Part shown: piece after piece, positions 11,859 to 24,833 of the stretch
Layout of the letters: each line of letters begins with the position of its first letter
How positions within the stretch are numbered: position 1 is the first letter of the stretch
Source of the DNA: Octopus sinensis
Taxonomy: Eukaryota
Reading direction: 5' to 3'
Assembly: GCF_006345805.1 (NCBI RefSeq)
Contig: NC_042998.1
Location: forward strand, 12,648,001 to 12,712,000
Length of the DNA: 64,000 nt
Made by a program: the position numbers and the translations under genes
Notes under the pieces: generated by a model
The model's database searches: none
What the model was told of the DNA's origin: nothing
Seen by the model: the letters and a program-made list of their open reading frames with translations, nothing else

Positions 11859-13235
11859 TAAATATGCATAGGATCCTTCGAGTAGCGACAAAATGATCTT
11901 TCTGTAGGGTCATAGGTGGAAGGCCATTTAACAATATAATGGAGAATGAAAGAATTTAATAAAACATTTTTTTTTTATTAAAAGTCACACAGTTCAAAAT
12001 GGCCCAGGGAATGTAAGTATATTCAAATGGGAGGTGTTTCAAAATTAAATATCACTTTAGATTATTTTTTAATTGGAAATGAAAACTTTTATTTTCTTTT
12101 TCTGTTGCGTTCAGTCTCTCTGATGATGAAAAGAGGCACCTCGTTTCACCTCTAACCAAACACTGTCTGGAAAGATAATGCCGTAGTGCCACCATACGGA
12201 AAATTACGAGCTTGCATATGGAAGATACAATGCATTTGTTCTCGAATATTTATCTTTTTCGCACACGTTATTTAGAACAAAGTATCGACGGACTTTTGTT
12301 TACGTTTTTTTTTCAAATTACACTGTAAATAGATGAAAATACTATTAAATAATGACAGTATTCATTCTATGTAATAACAAAAAAAAAAATGCTTCTATAT
12401 CTTCAGACGGCCATTCAGGTTTCAGCAAACGTGTTCATTCAGTGAAGTCTTATTTTTAAATAAAAATTATATTATAGTTCTACTTTTAAAAACATTTCAA
12501 GAAAACGAAATTGCGTTTGATTCAAAACGTGAGAAGTGCGTTTACTTTAATAAAGAGTGGAATAAAACTAAAAAAATGCACTAATATTAATTGCAAACAA
12601 CATTCTGCCCTTCGGCGCTTAGAAACAGTGATATATTTAGAGACAACATGAGTCTGTTCGAAGAAACAAAATAGCGAGAAAATTTCTGGTATCTAATAGA
12701 ACGACTCTAATAATATTGCTACATAGGAATGACAGTTTTATATACGTATATATATATAAAATTGATATTGGAAATAACTCTGTTCAGCGATTGTTTTCTA
12801 TATTACAATTAAAACCAGACTTACAAATTACGTATAATTGAATAGGGAGGATAAGTTTAATTTTCCTTGACAATAGCAAGAAATTTAGCAATGCGAGTTC
12901 TTTATATCATTTTGTTCTATACGTGACGAAAATAATGAGATACTGATATATATTATTCATATAGAAGAACATGAAATGGTGAAGAAGGGCACTGGGAGAC
13001 GAAATAGGATTGCTGAACCCTTATAAGATCGTGGAAGAAACAAAATATAGGAGATTAAGACAATAATAGCCTCTAATGTTTTATCGGCTGCTTCGATTCG
13101 CAGAACCTTAGAAAGGGAAATTGTAATAATTCTCTATAGTCCTTACTGCAGCTATCTTGATATTTTCTGTCAAGGACATAGTATGTGTTATTAAATGATT
13201 GGTATTCGTGTTGTACATGCGCCTTCAATACAATA

Positions 13236-13787
13236 TTGGGTTGTCCGGAAAGTTCGTGCCGATTTATAGTAGCTTACCTTTCGACTTGTTTTAGAAAATG
13301 GTTGAGTCCATAAAATAGAATTTGACTACACCTCCATTTAGAGCACAGTTTATGGAAGAAGGTTTATGTTCCTATAACCTGTGTTAATTTTGTAACCCTT
13401 TAAAATGGAAGATAAGAAAGTTTATTTGCGGCACTTGATGCTTTGAGAACCAAACAAAAATTGCTACAGCTCGGCTGGGATGTGTTACCACACCCTCCAT
13501 ATTCACCCGATATTGCTCCTTCGGATTTCCACTTATTCAGGTCTCTGCACAATAGTCTTAATGGTACAAATTTCAATTTCTTGGATGACATAAAAAGATA
13601 CCTTGATGAAATCTTTGCCATGAAACCACCTCAATTCTGGGAAGAGGGTATTTTCAAGTTAAAGGAAAATGGAGACGCATTGTGCAACAAACTGGTTTAT
13701 ATTTGGCTGATTAAAAATGTAATGGCATGTATTTATTGACCTTTTTCTTTCCTTTAAAAATCGGCACAAACTTTCCGGACAACCCAA
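13236..13787 (+). mobile_element. Internally deleted mariner (mellifera/cecropia-like TIR)
   Basis: 30-bp TIRs TTGGGTTGTCCGGAAAGTTCGTGCCGATTT with 1 mismatch and TA flanks. N-terminus MEDKKVYLRHLML (ATG at 13405) is joined near 13444 to C-terminal [26 protein letters not shown]. Confidence 0.95.
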
Positions 13788-14452
13788 TATTTACGAGCTA
13801 TAGTTACTTTCAACACGCCATAGTTCCTTATGCTTCTCGTAACTAGTACTATCCAACATCAAAGAATTATAGGAATAATTGAATAAAATAATGAGTTTTA
13901 CTAATATGATACTTCGAAGATTTTACTAGAGGTACCTGGCAACATATTTAGAATAGACGTATTAGAAGCATACAGTCACAAAACTGCACATAAAGCTCTT
14001 AACCGTTTTCTGCCCTCCTTGGAAGTTAGAACAGATATGTGGAAGTCACAGTGGCTGAGCAGTCTCATCTCAGAAGAACATTATTGGTATAGCTATTAGA
14101 AAAGAGCCCAAACACTATCTGCTCCACAAATCGGACAGTTTATTGCCACTTAAAACTATCCAATTTGACCAGGACAAAAACTAAAATAAAAAAAATTAAA
14201 AAGGTGACGTATGCTTCTAAAAATGCGTTGTTCGAATTATGAAAACTTGAAAACTTGCTGCATTGTGAAAAACCTAACAGTCCTAACAACCGTGCCGCTT
14301 TTATTGAAGTAAATGTTAACAGATATTTTTTTTTATAATTGCTCCTTCTGAGATGTGATTGTCACGCGAAGTTAATCCAGCTGATATAGACTATGGAAGG
14401 ATAGGAAAATATTAGGTTTATAAGCTCTAAAATTCACTTCATAACTGTTCAC

Positions 14453-14705
14453 GGGTATATAGCGTAGTGGTTAAGACTGGGCCTACTAACCCCAAGATTC
14501 CGAGCTTGATTCCAGCCAGTGACATGAATATTATTATTATTATTATCATTTCTATTATTATAATCGAAAAATGCCTTAGGAATGAGAGCCCAGGTTCGAA
14601 ATTTCACCAATACATCTGATGGAGGCTGGAGTGTATATTAGCCGAAACGTTGTGTTAACAACAAATAAGATGAGGGAAACTATCCGTCAAATGTAAGCAA
14701 TGTAC
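14453..14705 (+). mobile_element. tRNA-headed short element carrying a PLE-type hammerhead motif
   Basis: A box TAGCGTAGTGG (14460-70), degenerate B box (14504-13), (TAT)n, then ACAT-CTGATGG-A-GGCTG..TAGCC-GAAA-CG-TT-GTGT (14612-14655). Confidence 0.65.
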
Positions 14706-14719
14706 TATTTACTATGTAG

Positions 14720-15501
14720 ATGAAAGCCGACGTATAAGAAACAAGATTGCGTCATCTGTTTTCCGATCAATAATAGATTAGAAGAGCTGCCACGCACTTC
14801 GAGTTATGGCATCATTAAACTTTGCTTATTGCTGCCTTCAGTTAATTTAAGAAAAGAGGATCTTATAAATATCATCCTTTCCACACCAAATGGCAACTAA
14901 TTCAGTTTAAACTGTGACATTAATTGCAACGTAAATCGCCGCTGTAATACGTGGTATAGTTTGGGAACCGACAAAGAATAGTAGTAGCCTTCGCCTACTG
15001 TAACATCTTTTCAAGCTGGCTTTGCGATGGGAAATATGCTCTTCCACCAAAAATAGTAGGAATGAAACTTCTGCAGCCACGTCAGGTCGAGATAATCCTT
15101 TTGTTGGCTTCTTCGTATTAGGTAAGCTCAACATTTGTAGATCTGTTTAGAATTAGAATTTGCAAGCGTCTACCCATTGAATGGACCTCGATCTAGTCTG
15201 AGTTGGGGTGCAGTTTTTTGAAAAACCGATTTACAATAAATTCCAGAACAATCCACATCGGCAGTTTGTTTACGAACTCCGAGTCGAGCACTATGGCCAT
15301 CTGTTTGCAGGTGGCCATAGTGGAATCGCATTTTGCCTGGCATGCTAAAGTTTCTGCTAGATCGCCGCACTCTTGTAGGCAAATATTAAAAACCGAATAG
15401 CTTTTAGAGGCTATTACGCCATCTGGTCTTTTTTTCTCTTCTGCATACATTTTTTGTAACAATAAGAAACTTCTGTTACATATTTTTATCTTATTTTCCA
15501 T
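14720..15501 (-). pseudogene. pogo/Tigger-type (DDE_1) transposase fossil
   Basis: VIASKSYSVFNICLQECGDLAETLAC resembles VIAxKG..ERGExxTVLAC; LLFLVEEHISH resembles LLILDGHSSH; LLFFVGSQTIPRITAAIYVAIN resembles LPSHTTHxLQPLDVAV. Correct order, with stops and frameshifts; recognised by eye. Confidence 0.5.
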
Positions 15502-15835
15502 AGCACTTAACGATATTCAACTAATATATGCTATAACATTTTGTCGATGATTATCTACGGCGTATTTTAACAGAATATAGTAATTCATTATTGTTTATGG
15601 TATACAGAATAGTAAGTCAAAGAAATAACCAATATTTAACGAAAAACAAACATTGTCATTCTCACTTTCTAATCGATAATACTGCTAAGAGTTCAAATAC
15701 ATATATTCATCAGCACATATATAGATAAATTAATAGATAAACAAGTAGATAGATGGATATATTGAAACGTCTGTTGCCGATATATGTGTGGCATAAATAT
15801 ATAGAGATATTTAAGTATGTACAGTCACACACGGA

Positions 15836-15901
<66 letters not shown>

Positions 15902-15919
15902 TGTGTGTGTGTATGTATA

Positions 15920-16105
15920 GGGAGAGTTTACGAAAAAAACAAAAGACGAAGACCGGTGGTGTACAAAACAAACAGATGTATTAGTATGACGCTCAGGAAT
16001 AGAAAAATGTCTTTTACGTTTCGAGCCTACGCTTTTCTACAAAAAGGGACACAGAAAAAAACAAGGTGAGAAAAAAATGTGTGTTGTGGCTAACGATCAT
16101 GGCGA
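15920..16105 (-). mobile_element. Short PLE-like hammerhead element, family H2
   Basis: Homologous to 17712-17900 and 54375-54565; contains AGCGTAGGCTCGAAACGTAAAAGAC and abuts a (TG)/(TA) tract. Confidence 0.7.
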
Positions 16106-16972
16106 GGCATAGTGAACACTGAAGATGCTGCAGTAGTTACTGACGCGTTGATACGTTGCATAGTATATATTTTGGAATTGAAACACATATCTGATCAAAA
16201 TATTATCATGAAAGTGCTGTGAATTCATTAGAGAGAAATACACGAACTCCGATATGTACTTGAATTTCAAATATCATACATATCTGACAAAATACAATTA
16301 TATCCTATATTTTTATTCATGGAAATAATACTTATATATCGATTTATAAGTCGATTCAATTACTTGCAGTTCATTGGACAGATAACGCAATAATTCTATG
16401 GAATCCTGAATCGATTGTCGCTCTGATGGCCAAATGACGATGAGATATTATCGGAAAACTATTGTCACATCACTTTCCAAGTAATAATATGTTCGTAGCT
16501 ACATTGGTTTATTCGGCCTATTCATTCTTGAAAATAAATTAAAATGGGAATACAGTCTGACAATTCCAGTGGCAACAGCGATTTAATATATCTTAGCGCT
16601 ATCAATTGTAATCTCAAATACTTCGGCAGATTTAAAATTAGTCAATTGTAATATCATGACAATAACGGAAGAAAAACGTTGATCACTCCTCTAAATACAT
16701 TACATATATTAGTTCGACACACTGAAGTAGAATTCAGACAATGTCACATTTTATTTCCTGCCTCTAAACATAACTTCCCCAATTATGTAGTGATATTCCT
16801 GGTATTCCGTATTCAGTGAAAACAATACCGTTTGGGGATGTGAAAATAAATGGACAGCATGATCGTTGAAATGAAAAAATTTGATATATTGGATGATTAA
16901 ATGTTTATTTGGGGATCTCAACAGTACATATTTTACTGTGAATAAAAACTATATTCACACACACAGAGCCAG

Positions 16973-17010
<38 letters not shown>

Positions 17011-17049
17011 AACACACACATATCCTCATTTGTAATGACTCTGAATGCT

Positions 17050-17651
17050 TATTCCTTTACTGCCCACAAGGGGATACACACAGAGGGGACAAACAAGGAC
17101 AGACAAACTGATTAAGTCGATTATATAGACCCCCAGTGCGTAACTGGTACTTATTTAATCGATCCCGAAAGGATGAAAGGCAAAGTCGACCTCGGCGGAA
17201 TTCGAACTCAGAACGTAACGGCAGACGAAATACCTGTTTCTTTACTACCCACAAGGGGCTAAACATAGAGGGGACAAACAAGGACAGATAGACGGATTAA
17301 GTCGATAATATCGACCCCAGTGCGTAACTGGTACTTATTTAATCGACCCCGTAAGGATGAAAGGCAAAGTCGACCTCGGCGGCATTTGAACTCAGAACGT
17401 AACGGCAGACGAAATACCTATTTCTTTACTACCCACAACGTGCTAAACACAGAGGGGACAAACAAGGACAGACAGACGGATTAAGTCGATTATATCGACC
17501 CCAGTGCGTAACTGGTACTTACTTAAAGGACCCCGAAAGGATGAAAGGCAAAGTTGACCACGGCGGAATTTGAACTCAGAACGTAGCGGCAGATGAAACA
17601 CCGCTAAGCATTTCGCCCGGCGTGCTAACGATTCTGCCAGCTCGCCGCCTT
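17050..17651 (-). mobile_element. SINE group B head-to-tail trimer
   Basis: One full head at the right end and three core-plus-tail units of about 180 bp, joined at GTAAAGAAA(T/C)AG|GTATTTCGTCTGCC. Confidence 0.9.
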
Positions 17652-17711
17652 GTATTGTCTCTGAATTCTATTGCTCCATTCATTTACATTGTAGAATATT
17701 GTCGACAGCCT

Positions 17712-17900
17712 CTGCACGCATTTTTTTCTCTCTCCTTGTTTCACTCCGTGTTTCTTTTCAGTGTATCTTTCTGTTGAAGAGCGTAGGCTCGAAACGTAAA
17801 AGACTTGTTTTATTTATATTCCTGAGCGCCATACTAATACAATTGTTTGTTTGTACTCCACCTGCCTTCGTCTTTTGTTTATTTTCATAAAGCTTCCCGT
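17712..17900 (+). mobile_element. Short PLE-like hammerhead element, family H2
   Basis: TCTTT-CTGTTGA-A-GAGC-GTAG-GCTC-GAAA-CG-TA-AAAGA at 17766-17803. Confidence 0.7.
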
Positions 17901-18666
17901 TATATATTTTGCAAATCAGTTTGTCGTATGATATTTAACTAAAATAATAGATTTAAAAAAAAATGGAATGTAACTGAAGACATTCTTTGAATAAATCTGG
18001 AAGAAAAGTATCCGAATTAATCAACGATAATTAGACTAAGCAAACCTGGGTGTTGAAAATACTATCCATCAAATTCGAAGGACAAGTTGTAACTCAAATT
18101 CGGCGAATAAGTTTTAATGTCAAATGTTTAGTTTGCCGTGAAGGGTGTTGAAGCATTTCATTGAAAGCTAGGGAAGCAAGGAAAATCCATTCTCTCTTGA
18201 AATACATTTTCCTCAGGAAATGGATTTGAAGAATAGCACTAGAAGTTGAGAGCGATGTGAAAGTGTATGGAGCGGTGAGAGAGAGAGATGGGGAGAAAGA
18301 GTAGTTTTATGATTGGTTCAGAAGTTTAAGTGCCAAGTGGAAAGGTAAAATGAACTGGAAACAACGTCAAAGGTAAACTATATGAAGGATTCATGTAAAA
18401 TGCGTAGAGAAGGGAGAAGTAGGCAACAAAGTGAATTAAAAATAGGTTCACATAAAGCAATCCACAGTGTACGGCACGGTTATTTTCAACTTGACTGTAA
18501 AGCATATCGGTGATCTTCAATGAACAAAGCCGAAAAGTAATGTTCCGTTTTCATGACGAAATATATCTATAAACTCGGCCGCATGCACGAATGCAACAAT
18601 AGCTGAAAGGACGCACACTCATATATACATACATATATACATGCATACGTACATATATATATATAT

Positions 18667-18723
<57 letters not shown>

Positions 18724-18823
18724 ATATATAAGGAGAGAGAGATAGTGGGAGAAAGAGAAATGCATGATTTTAATGCATGCTGACAGAGACATACATAAGA
18801 ACTCCTTTTACGACTATACACGC

Positions 18824-18891
<68 letters not shown>

Positions 18892-19199
18892 CTATATCCA
18901 TATACATGTATATATGAGTGTGAGTGTATGTATTTATACATGAATGTGTGTATATTCATAACATATTCAAGCACCAGTGTGCACAGATTTGTACGTCTAA
19001 CTGTCTCAATATATGAACTTACGCAGAAGTACGTATACAAAGTCAGAATGTAGATCTACGAAAATAAACTAAACTAAACCATGTGTATAAATTCAAAAAC
19101 GTCATATGGAAGGTCACCTCTGGGTAGTGAGCAGTGAGCGATGGCAAATTATGAAAAACTAAATCTATATATTTGTATTTGTAGAAACATATCTTGCAT

Positions 19200-21070
19200 A
19201 GCAGTTCTGCTTTCGAAGATACGCTTTTACTTTTCGGATATCAGGTGTAACAGTTTGCATGAAACTTCATTGATATGGAGGTCGTTATTTTAGTTGCTGG
19301 CTATCTTAGGGTGATGGGTTATGGTTTTCCAGCTCTGCTAATATTGAAGTATCATTTGAATAAGTATTTATTTGATGATCTTTGAACTACTTTCCAACCT
19401 CACTTCTGAACAGAATACTTACGAATTTCAATTCCGTACAGTATTATATAAAAATGTGGGATACTTATTGAATGTGGCATACTGACAGCATTAAGTGGAA
19501 TATATAGGACAATAAAAGCATTCAATATCTAAGTGTAGAAATGGTAAGTTACGAAGACGAACGATAAACGAACTGAATACGTTAATTTCAGGTGAATTTA
19601 TGCGTGGCATGAATGCAGTTGGAATGTGGGTCTTGATGAGAGTAGCGTTAACCAATGGATGGTATTAAAAGCAGGACAAATATTTGATGCGGGTGTCGCA
19701 GTAGGTTGTTGCTAAATTTTTGAAATATTTTCGCTTGTCTCTTCTTAATTGCTTTTTAACTTTCTTATTTTCTTGGTTGTAATTTCCCTGACATCTATTT
19801 ATCTCTACTTCTAAGCTTGCCGATAGTAATTTTTCCTTTAGCTTCTTTCTTACTTCTATGGCTGTTAGTGTCTCTTGTGACATCCACGTCTTACTCTTTT
19901 TGTTTACACACCCTATGCATTCTTCTAATAATGAAATAAAAGCATCCTTAATATTCGACCAAGTGTTCTCTATTGTGTTGCCTTGCATCCTTTTTATTTG
20001 CATTAATTTGCATGATAACGCTTTTCTGTATTTGATTTGGGTAATGCAGCAGGTAATGCAAAAATGGCAGATTTCAGTGTTGAGGACGCGAGAAAGAGAA
20101 AACCATAAAGTAGGAAGAGCATCTGGGCTGAAGTTAAACTGAATGTCAATAAGGAATGATATGTGGAGAAAATTAATCGACTTATTTGGCATAGGTCATA
20201 TATGTGAAGTATAATGTGCATTGGACGTTTTTAAGATACGAAAATAGACAATTACTATTAGTAAATCTCATAACGAGGGATATTCAGCAACAGTACTTTG
20301 GATTCTCCTAGGACTAAATTACAGCAACATTCGTCCTAAGCCAGACATCCATGTTACGTTGGTAAACAATCTTTACTATGAAAACAGACAGTTGTCGCAT
20401 CTTCTTGTAAATAGGTTGGTACCGATGCTCTCATCGATATATCAATCAAACATCTCTGCGATGTACTCATCTACTGACTTAATATTTGGATTCGATGTTG
20501 CATAATAAAACCCATTCTGATATCCACGACTATTTTTTTAGGAATCCCTGATAAAGAAAGAACAAATTTGAAGAGAAGGACGAATTCAGCGATGGACCAT
20601 ATGAGGTTCTGTGTTAAAGTGTGCGCCGAGGTTAAAAAGTAATCTATGCCTTATAATGTCTAAAATTTAGATTGTATAATTCTTATTTTAATGTGGATAT
20701 TGGGAGAATCAACGAGCGATGTAAGTTTGTCAGAGAGCTTGAGATAAATTCTGTGGGATTATATGAGTATGATATCTACCCTCGAGAGCATAGTGCGACC
20801 GGTTTTGTTAGGATAATGAAGTTTAGGGAGCAAGGATATGCTTGGCGTTCGATATATTTGAATGATGAAGTCAGTATCTGTATGTGAGTGTACATGAGCG
20901 CACAAAAGTTTTGGGTGGTGAGGTAGACAATTGGATATATTAAGAGAGAACATTATTGATGGAGCGATTTCTTTCATACAAATCTATGCCAAAAATTCCT
21001 TCTCAGCTGTTTTAATTTTGCCTTGTCGGCTGCAAAGATGGCCCGGCATTTGGGAGTTAAAAAATGATAG
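19200..21070 (-). mobile_element. Penelope-like element fossil (RT region), interrupted by an RTE fragment
   Basis: LLPKLHYPNKTGRTMLS resembles LLPKIHKPNNPGRPIVS; YNPTEFISSSL resembles CPTELISSYL; IAEFVL resembles LAELVL; YIDESIG resembles YIDDCIG. All in order; the left boundary is uncertain. Confidence 0.65.
19705..20040 (-). mobile_element. RTE-clade LINE fragment (endonuclease-RT linker)
   Basis: IENTWSNIKDAF..CIG..KKSKTWMSQETLTAIEVRKKLK..NKKVKKQLRRDKRKYF is typical of RTE ORFs. Confidence 0.8.
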
Positions 21071-21317
21071 GATTGGAGTAGTTTGAGATGTAAAGTTCTG
21101 CTTTATGTTCCATGTCGTAGAAGAATAATTTCATTTGAACTTACGTAAAAGAAAGTTTTGATGCTGGTGCTGGTGTGAAACTCGGCCACTTAAAAGATGA
21201 CGAAAGTGAAAAGAAAAAATGTGTTTGAATAGATATTTTGTGAAATACTGATAAAACGCTCACGAACTGAATGCCTCTAAAACAGTTCAGCAAATTCTTC
21301 ACATATATTCACGTACA

Positions 21318-21550
21318 GAAGGCGGTGAGCTGGCAGAAACGTTAGCACACCGGGCGAAATGCGTAGCTGTATTTCGTCTGTCGTTACGGTCCGAGTTCAA
21401 ATTCCACCGAGGTCGACTTTGCCTTCCATCCTTTTGGGGTCGATAAATTAAGTACCAGTTACGCACTGGGGTCGATGGAATCGATTTAATCCGTTTGTCT
21501 GTCCTTGTTTGTCCCCTCTGTGTTTAGCCCCTTGTGGCTAGTAAAGAAAT
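21318..21550 (+). mobile_element. SINE group B with target-site duplication
   Basis: Full head, core and tail; 15-bp TSD ATATATTCACGTACA (21303-21317 and 21551-21565). Confidence 0.92.
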
Positions 21551-22662
21551 ATATATTCACGTACATACACCAAAATGCATGCTAATACACAAACATAAAC
21601 GCACAAAGAAGCAATCAATTGTGCTTATGTAAACTCTCGAGATAGTCATATCAGTTCAATTCGATAGAGCAGATAGATAGCAGGCAAATATTTTTTTTAT
21701 CAGAATATAAGTAAACTGGCATCGCTAGATAAACAAAAGGATTTTAAGCTATCCCTTTAAAGCTAGTTAACGTCTGGACAGTTTTACAGATCTGTCGCAA
21801 CTCTTTGATGTATTGGTTATATTTTCAGCTTAGAGAACTGGGAAAATTGAGAATTATGTATCTTGTCTGCAAACTCAACTTAGTTATAAGAACCACAAAC
21901 TGCAAGATGTCTGTTGGTATTCAACTGATGTGGACATCAATTACATAATATACTGAATAAGGATACAATTATCAATGGCAATGAACGTTGTCTTTTCTTT
22001 TGGTGATAAAACATATCAGATAATAAAGATGGCGCAGTTATAAGCTAATACGGGAAAAGTTTCGTATTATAAAACTGGGTTGGCCATTCTAGAAAATCAA
22101 ATTTTGATCTGAATAGAATTATTTGTCTCAGAGACACAAAGAACTGGTATTTATGACTTTATTGCTCCGTACTGGAAGGCTAACAAACCAGAATACAGCT
22201 CGTTGCAATAGAAACCTATGTTTAAACTGGAATAGAAGTAATTAACTTGAAATAAATCCTTCTCCCATCGCCATTACATTGCTTGCTATTTGGTGTTTGG
22301 AATGCAGTACGAATAATTCGTTACATCTTAACGCCATGAATACTTTCTTGATTAGCTATATATTAACCAATACTGTAGAATATATTTGCTAAAGAGACAT
22401 TGGTACAACCTTACAAAGCTTAAATCTATATACTAATTAGCTTCAGTTCTCTAGTAATTGGCGCCGTAAACATGTCAAATACATTAACGATTCTCTGTTA
22501 TTAGTTTATACACCGCATAAATGTGCGCCGAGTTACTAGGACCTAAACACATAAAAATGCGTATATGTATACATACACATATAAGCATGGAACTTCAGAT
22601 ACTTGTGGCATGTATAAATGCCCACGCATACACAAACACACACACACATCAACATGCACATA

Positions 22663-22727
<65 letters not shown>

Positions 22728-22784
22728 GTATGATATAACATTATCTCTGTGTGTGTGTGTGTAATATAATATTGTGTGTGTGGT

Positions 22785-22823
<39 letters not shown>

Positions 22824-22922
22824 TGACAGGGCAAGACTGCTAGGTAGTCGGCCGCATGCTAGAAATAGATCATGGTTTTAAATCGATATTAAAATTAATA
22901 TTAATTTATCTCCCTCATTATT

Positions 22923-22978
<56 letters not shown>

Positions 22979-24307
22979 ATGCACACATATATAGATAGAT
23001 AGATTAACAGTCATACATGTGCATAGAGAAAGGGAGACAGCAAGAGAGAAGGAGGGTCAGAGAGAGAGAGAGGGGGGTGAGTGTGTGTTATTAAAGGAAA
23101 TCTTACGGAGACAGAAGAATGTGAAACGTAATAAGCACAGGGAGATAAACTTGATCATGGCTGTGCATATTTTACGTCAATGTAAAAATGTGCATGCAGA
23201 CACACACAAACAATCACACACGCACACACACGGAAATGCACACACACACAGACAAACACACACACACACAAACTCAGATTCGTATATAAAGCAGCAGAAG
23301 GGAAGTATATGCTGCATTGTAACTATTTTGTCAATATCAGATTTCAATAGAGTAGTGATTTTCTCTGATAAGTCATTTAGTACTTTAGTACAAGTATTTT
23401 AAGGAAATTCCGAGCAGAGACAATAAGCTGACTCTAATTGAAATTTTAAAGGAAATCAGATCTACAATGCAAAACAAATGATGATAGGAACTGGATAAGT
23501 ATACAACAGATTTTCAACTGTACTTCAAACGTGTCACATATTTGGCTTGCTTCAGTTCTCTTTTATTTTCATAGCTTTGTGTTTATCTTTTTACCATTTT
23601 AAAATTCATTTCTTTCCTTACCTGACAAAAAGAATGATTGTTTGGCGTATTTATCTTCCTCTTCATCTTAAACATTGCATATGATAAAAGTCTCCGTATC
23701 ATTTTTATCAGTGTTTAGCCTAGCGTTATTGGAAAGCACATCGAAAAAGTTCAAAAATCCACTACGCTATCTCATTATTATACGGTTGCAGTGTACCAGG
23801 TGATTCGTCCTAGCTAGAAATTAATCGACATATCGACCGCCAAACGTCTGACACAGCTCTATTTTTGGCACCGCAACTGACAATCAGGTAAACAAAGGTA
23901 AGCGGCATACTGAATAAAAATAAGATAAAACTGTTAGAGACATTGCTTATTTGAATTACAAAAGCACGCTTGCATTGTTTACAAGCTTTTGTATTCATTC
24001 ACTGATTTTCAGAGCACAGTATCCCTCCTAGGGCAGATTTATACAAGTGTATGGTACAACATTTGTTCAATGAAAACGTATAAATCACACTACAAATCAC
24101 TAATGTATACGATGTGTTTTGAACAAAAATCAAAACAAGTACGAAAATAACAAACAAAAACAAAGAACAGGCATAGCGTGCATATACGTACTGGGACATA
24201 GAAATACACATCGCGCAGGCACATACGTACATAGTCACATACGCGTAGGTATAAACAGGTATTATAATATACACAGAGAACAATATATTACAAATGTATA
24301 TACATAC

Positions 24308-24368
24308 AGGCGCAAGTGTGGCAGAGTGGTAATGCATTTGCTTCCCAACCACAGGGTTCCGGGTTCAT
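24308..24368 (+). mobile_element. SINE group A head fragment
   Basis: GGCGCAAGTGTGGCAGAGTGGTAA..GGTTCCGGGTTCA, then (TA)n. Confidence 0.7.
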
Positions 24369-24519
24369 ATATATATATATACACACTCACATATACAATT
24401 GCACAAATATGTGAATGTATTCATATATATGATCTACCAATCAATCTTTCACCATTTCTCTCTATGTATTTATCTATATATATATGTATACACACACACA
24501 CATATATGTATATATATAG

Positions 24520-24564
<45 letters not shown>

Positions 24565-24739
24565 TATATACATTAGGTGCGAATGTTTTTTTTTAATACG
24601 GCGTCGGGTTTTACAATCCTATAAATAATAATAATGGTATTTATATAAGCCTAAATCTTATAGCAAGCGCCGTGCAATGACTTGGAAAAATAACTAATAA
24701 TGGGGCATATAAGCCATCGACAGAAAAAAATTGGGCTTT

Positions 24740-24799
24740 CCTATCCGCGTGGGACACGAACCCACATCCCTTTGTTAGCGCGAATAAGTGTGTTACCAT

Positions 24800-24800
<1 letters not shown>
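24740..24800 (-). other. tRNA-like fragment (pseudo-tRNA or SINE head)
   Basis: AATGGTAACAC..GTGGG-TTCGTGT-CCCAC T-arm; the 5' end is lost in (TA)n. Confidence 0.4.

Positions 24801-24831
<31 letters not shown>

Positions 24832-24833
<2 letters not shown>

Noticed and set aside
12114-12177. Possible plus-strand terminal exon LSDDEKRHLVSPLTKHCLER*
   Set aside because: Good acceptor, but no partner exons or recognisable homology; could be chance.
16150-16650. Exon-like DSIELLRYLSNELQ or Penelope RT-like fragment
   Set aside because: Too degenerate to choose between the two readings.
23622-23702. Strong minus-strand donor CAG|gtaagg with a short open frame (similar isolated candidates at 3516-3561 and 52644-52668)
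   Set aside because: Acceptor and frame are ambiguous; they cannot be linked to the 9.8-11 kb exons without RNA data.
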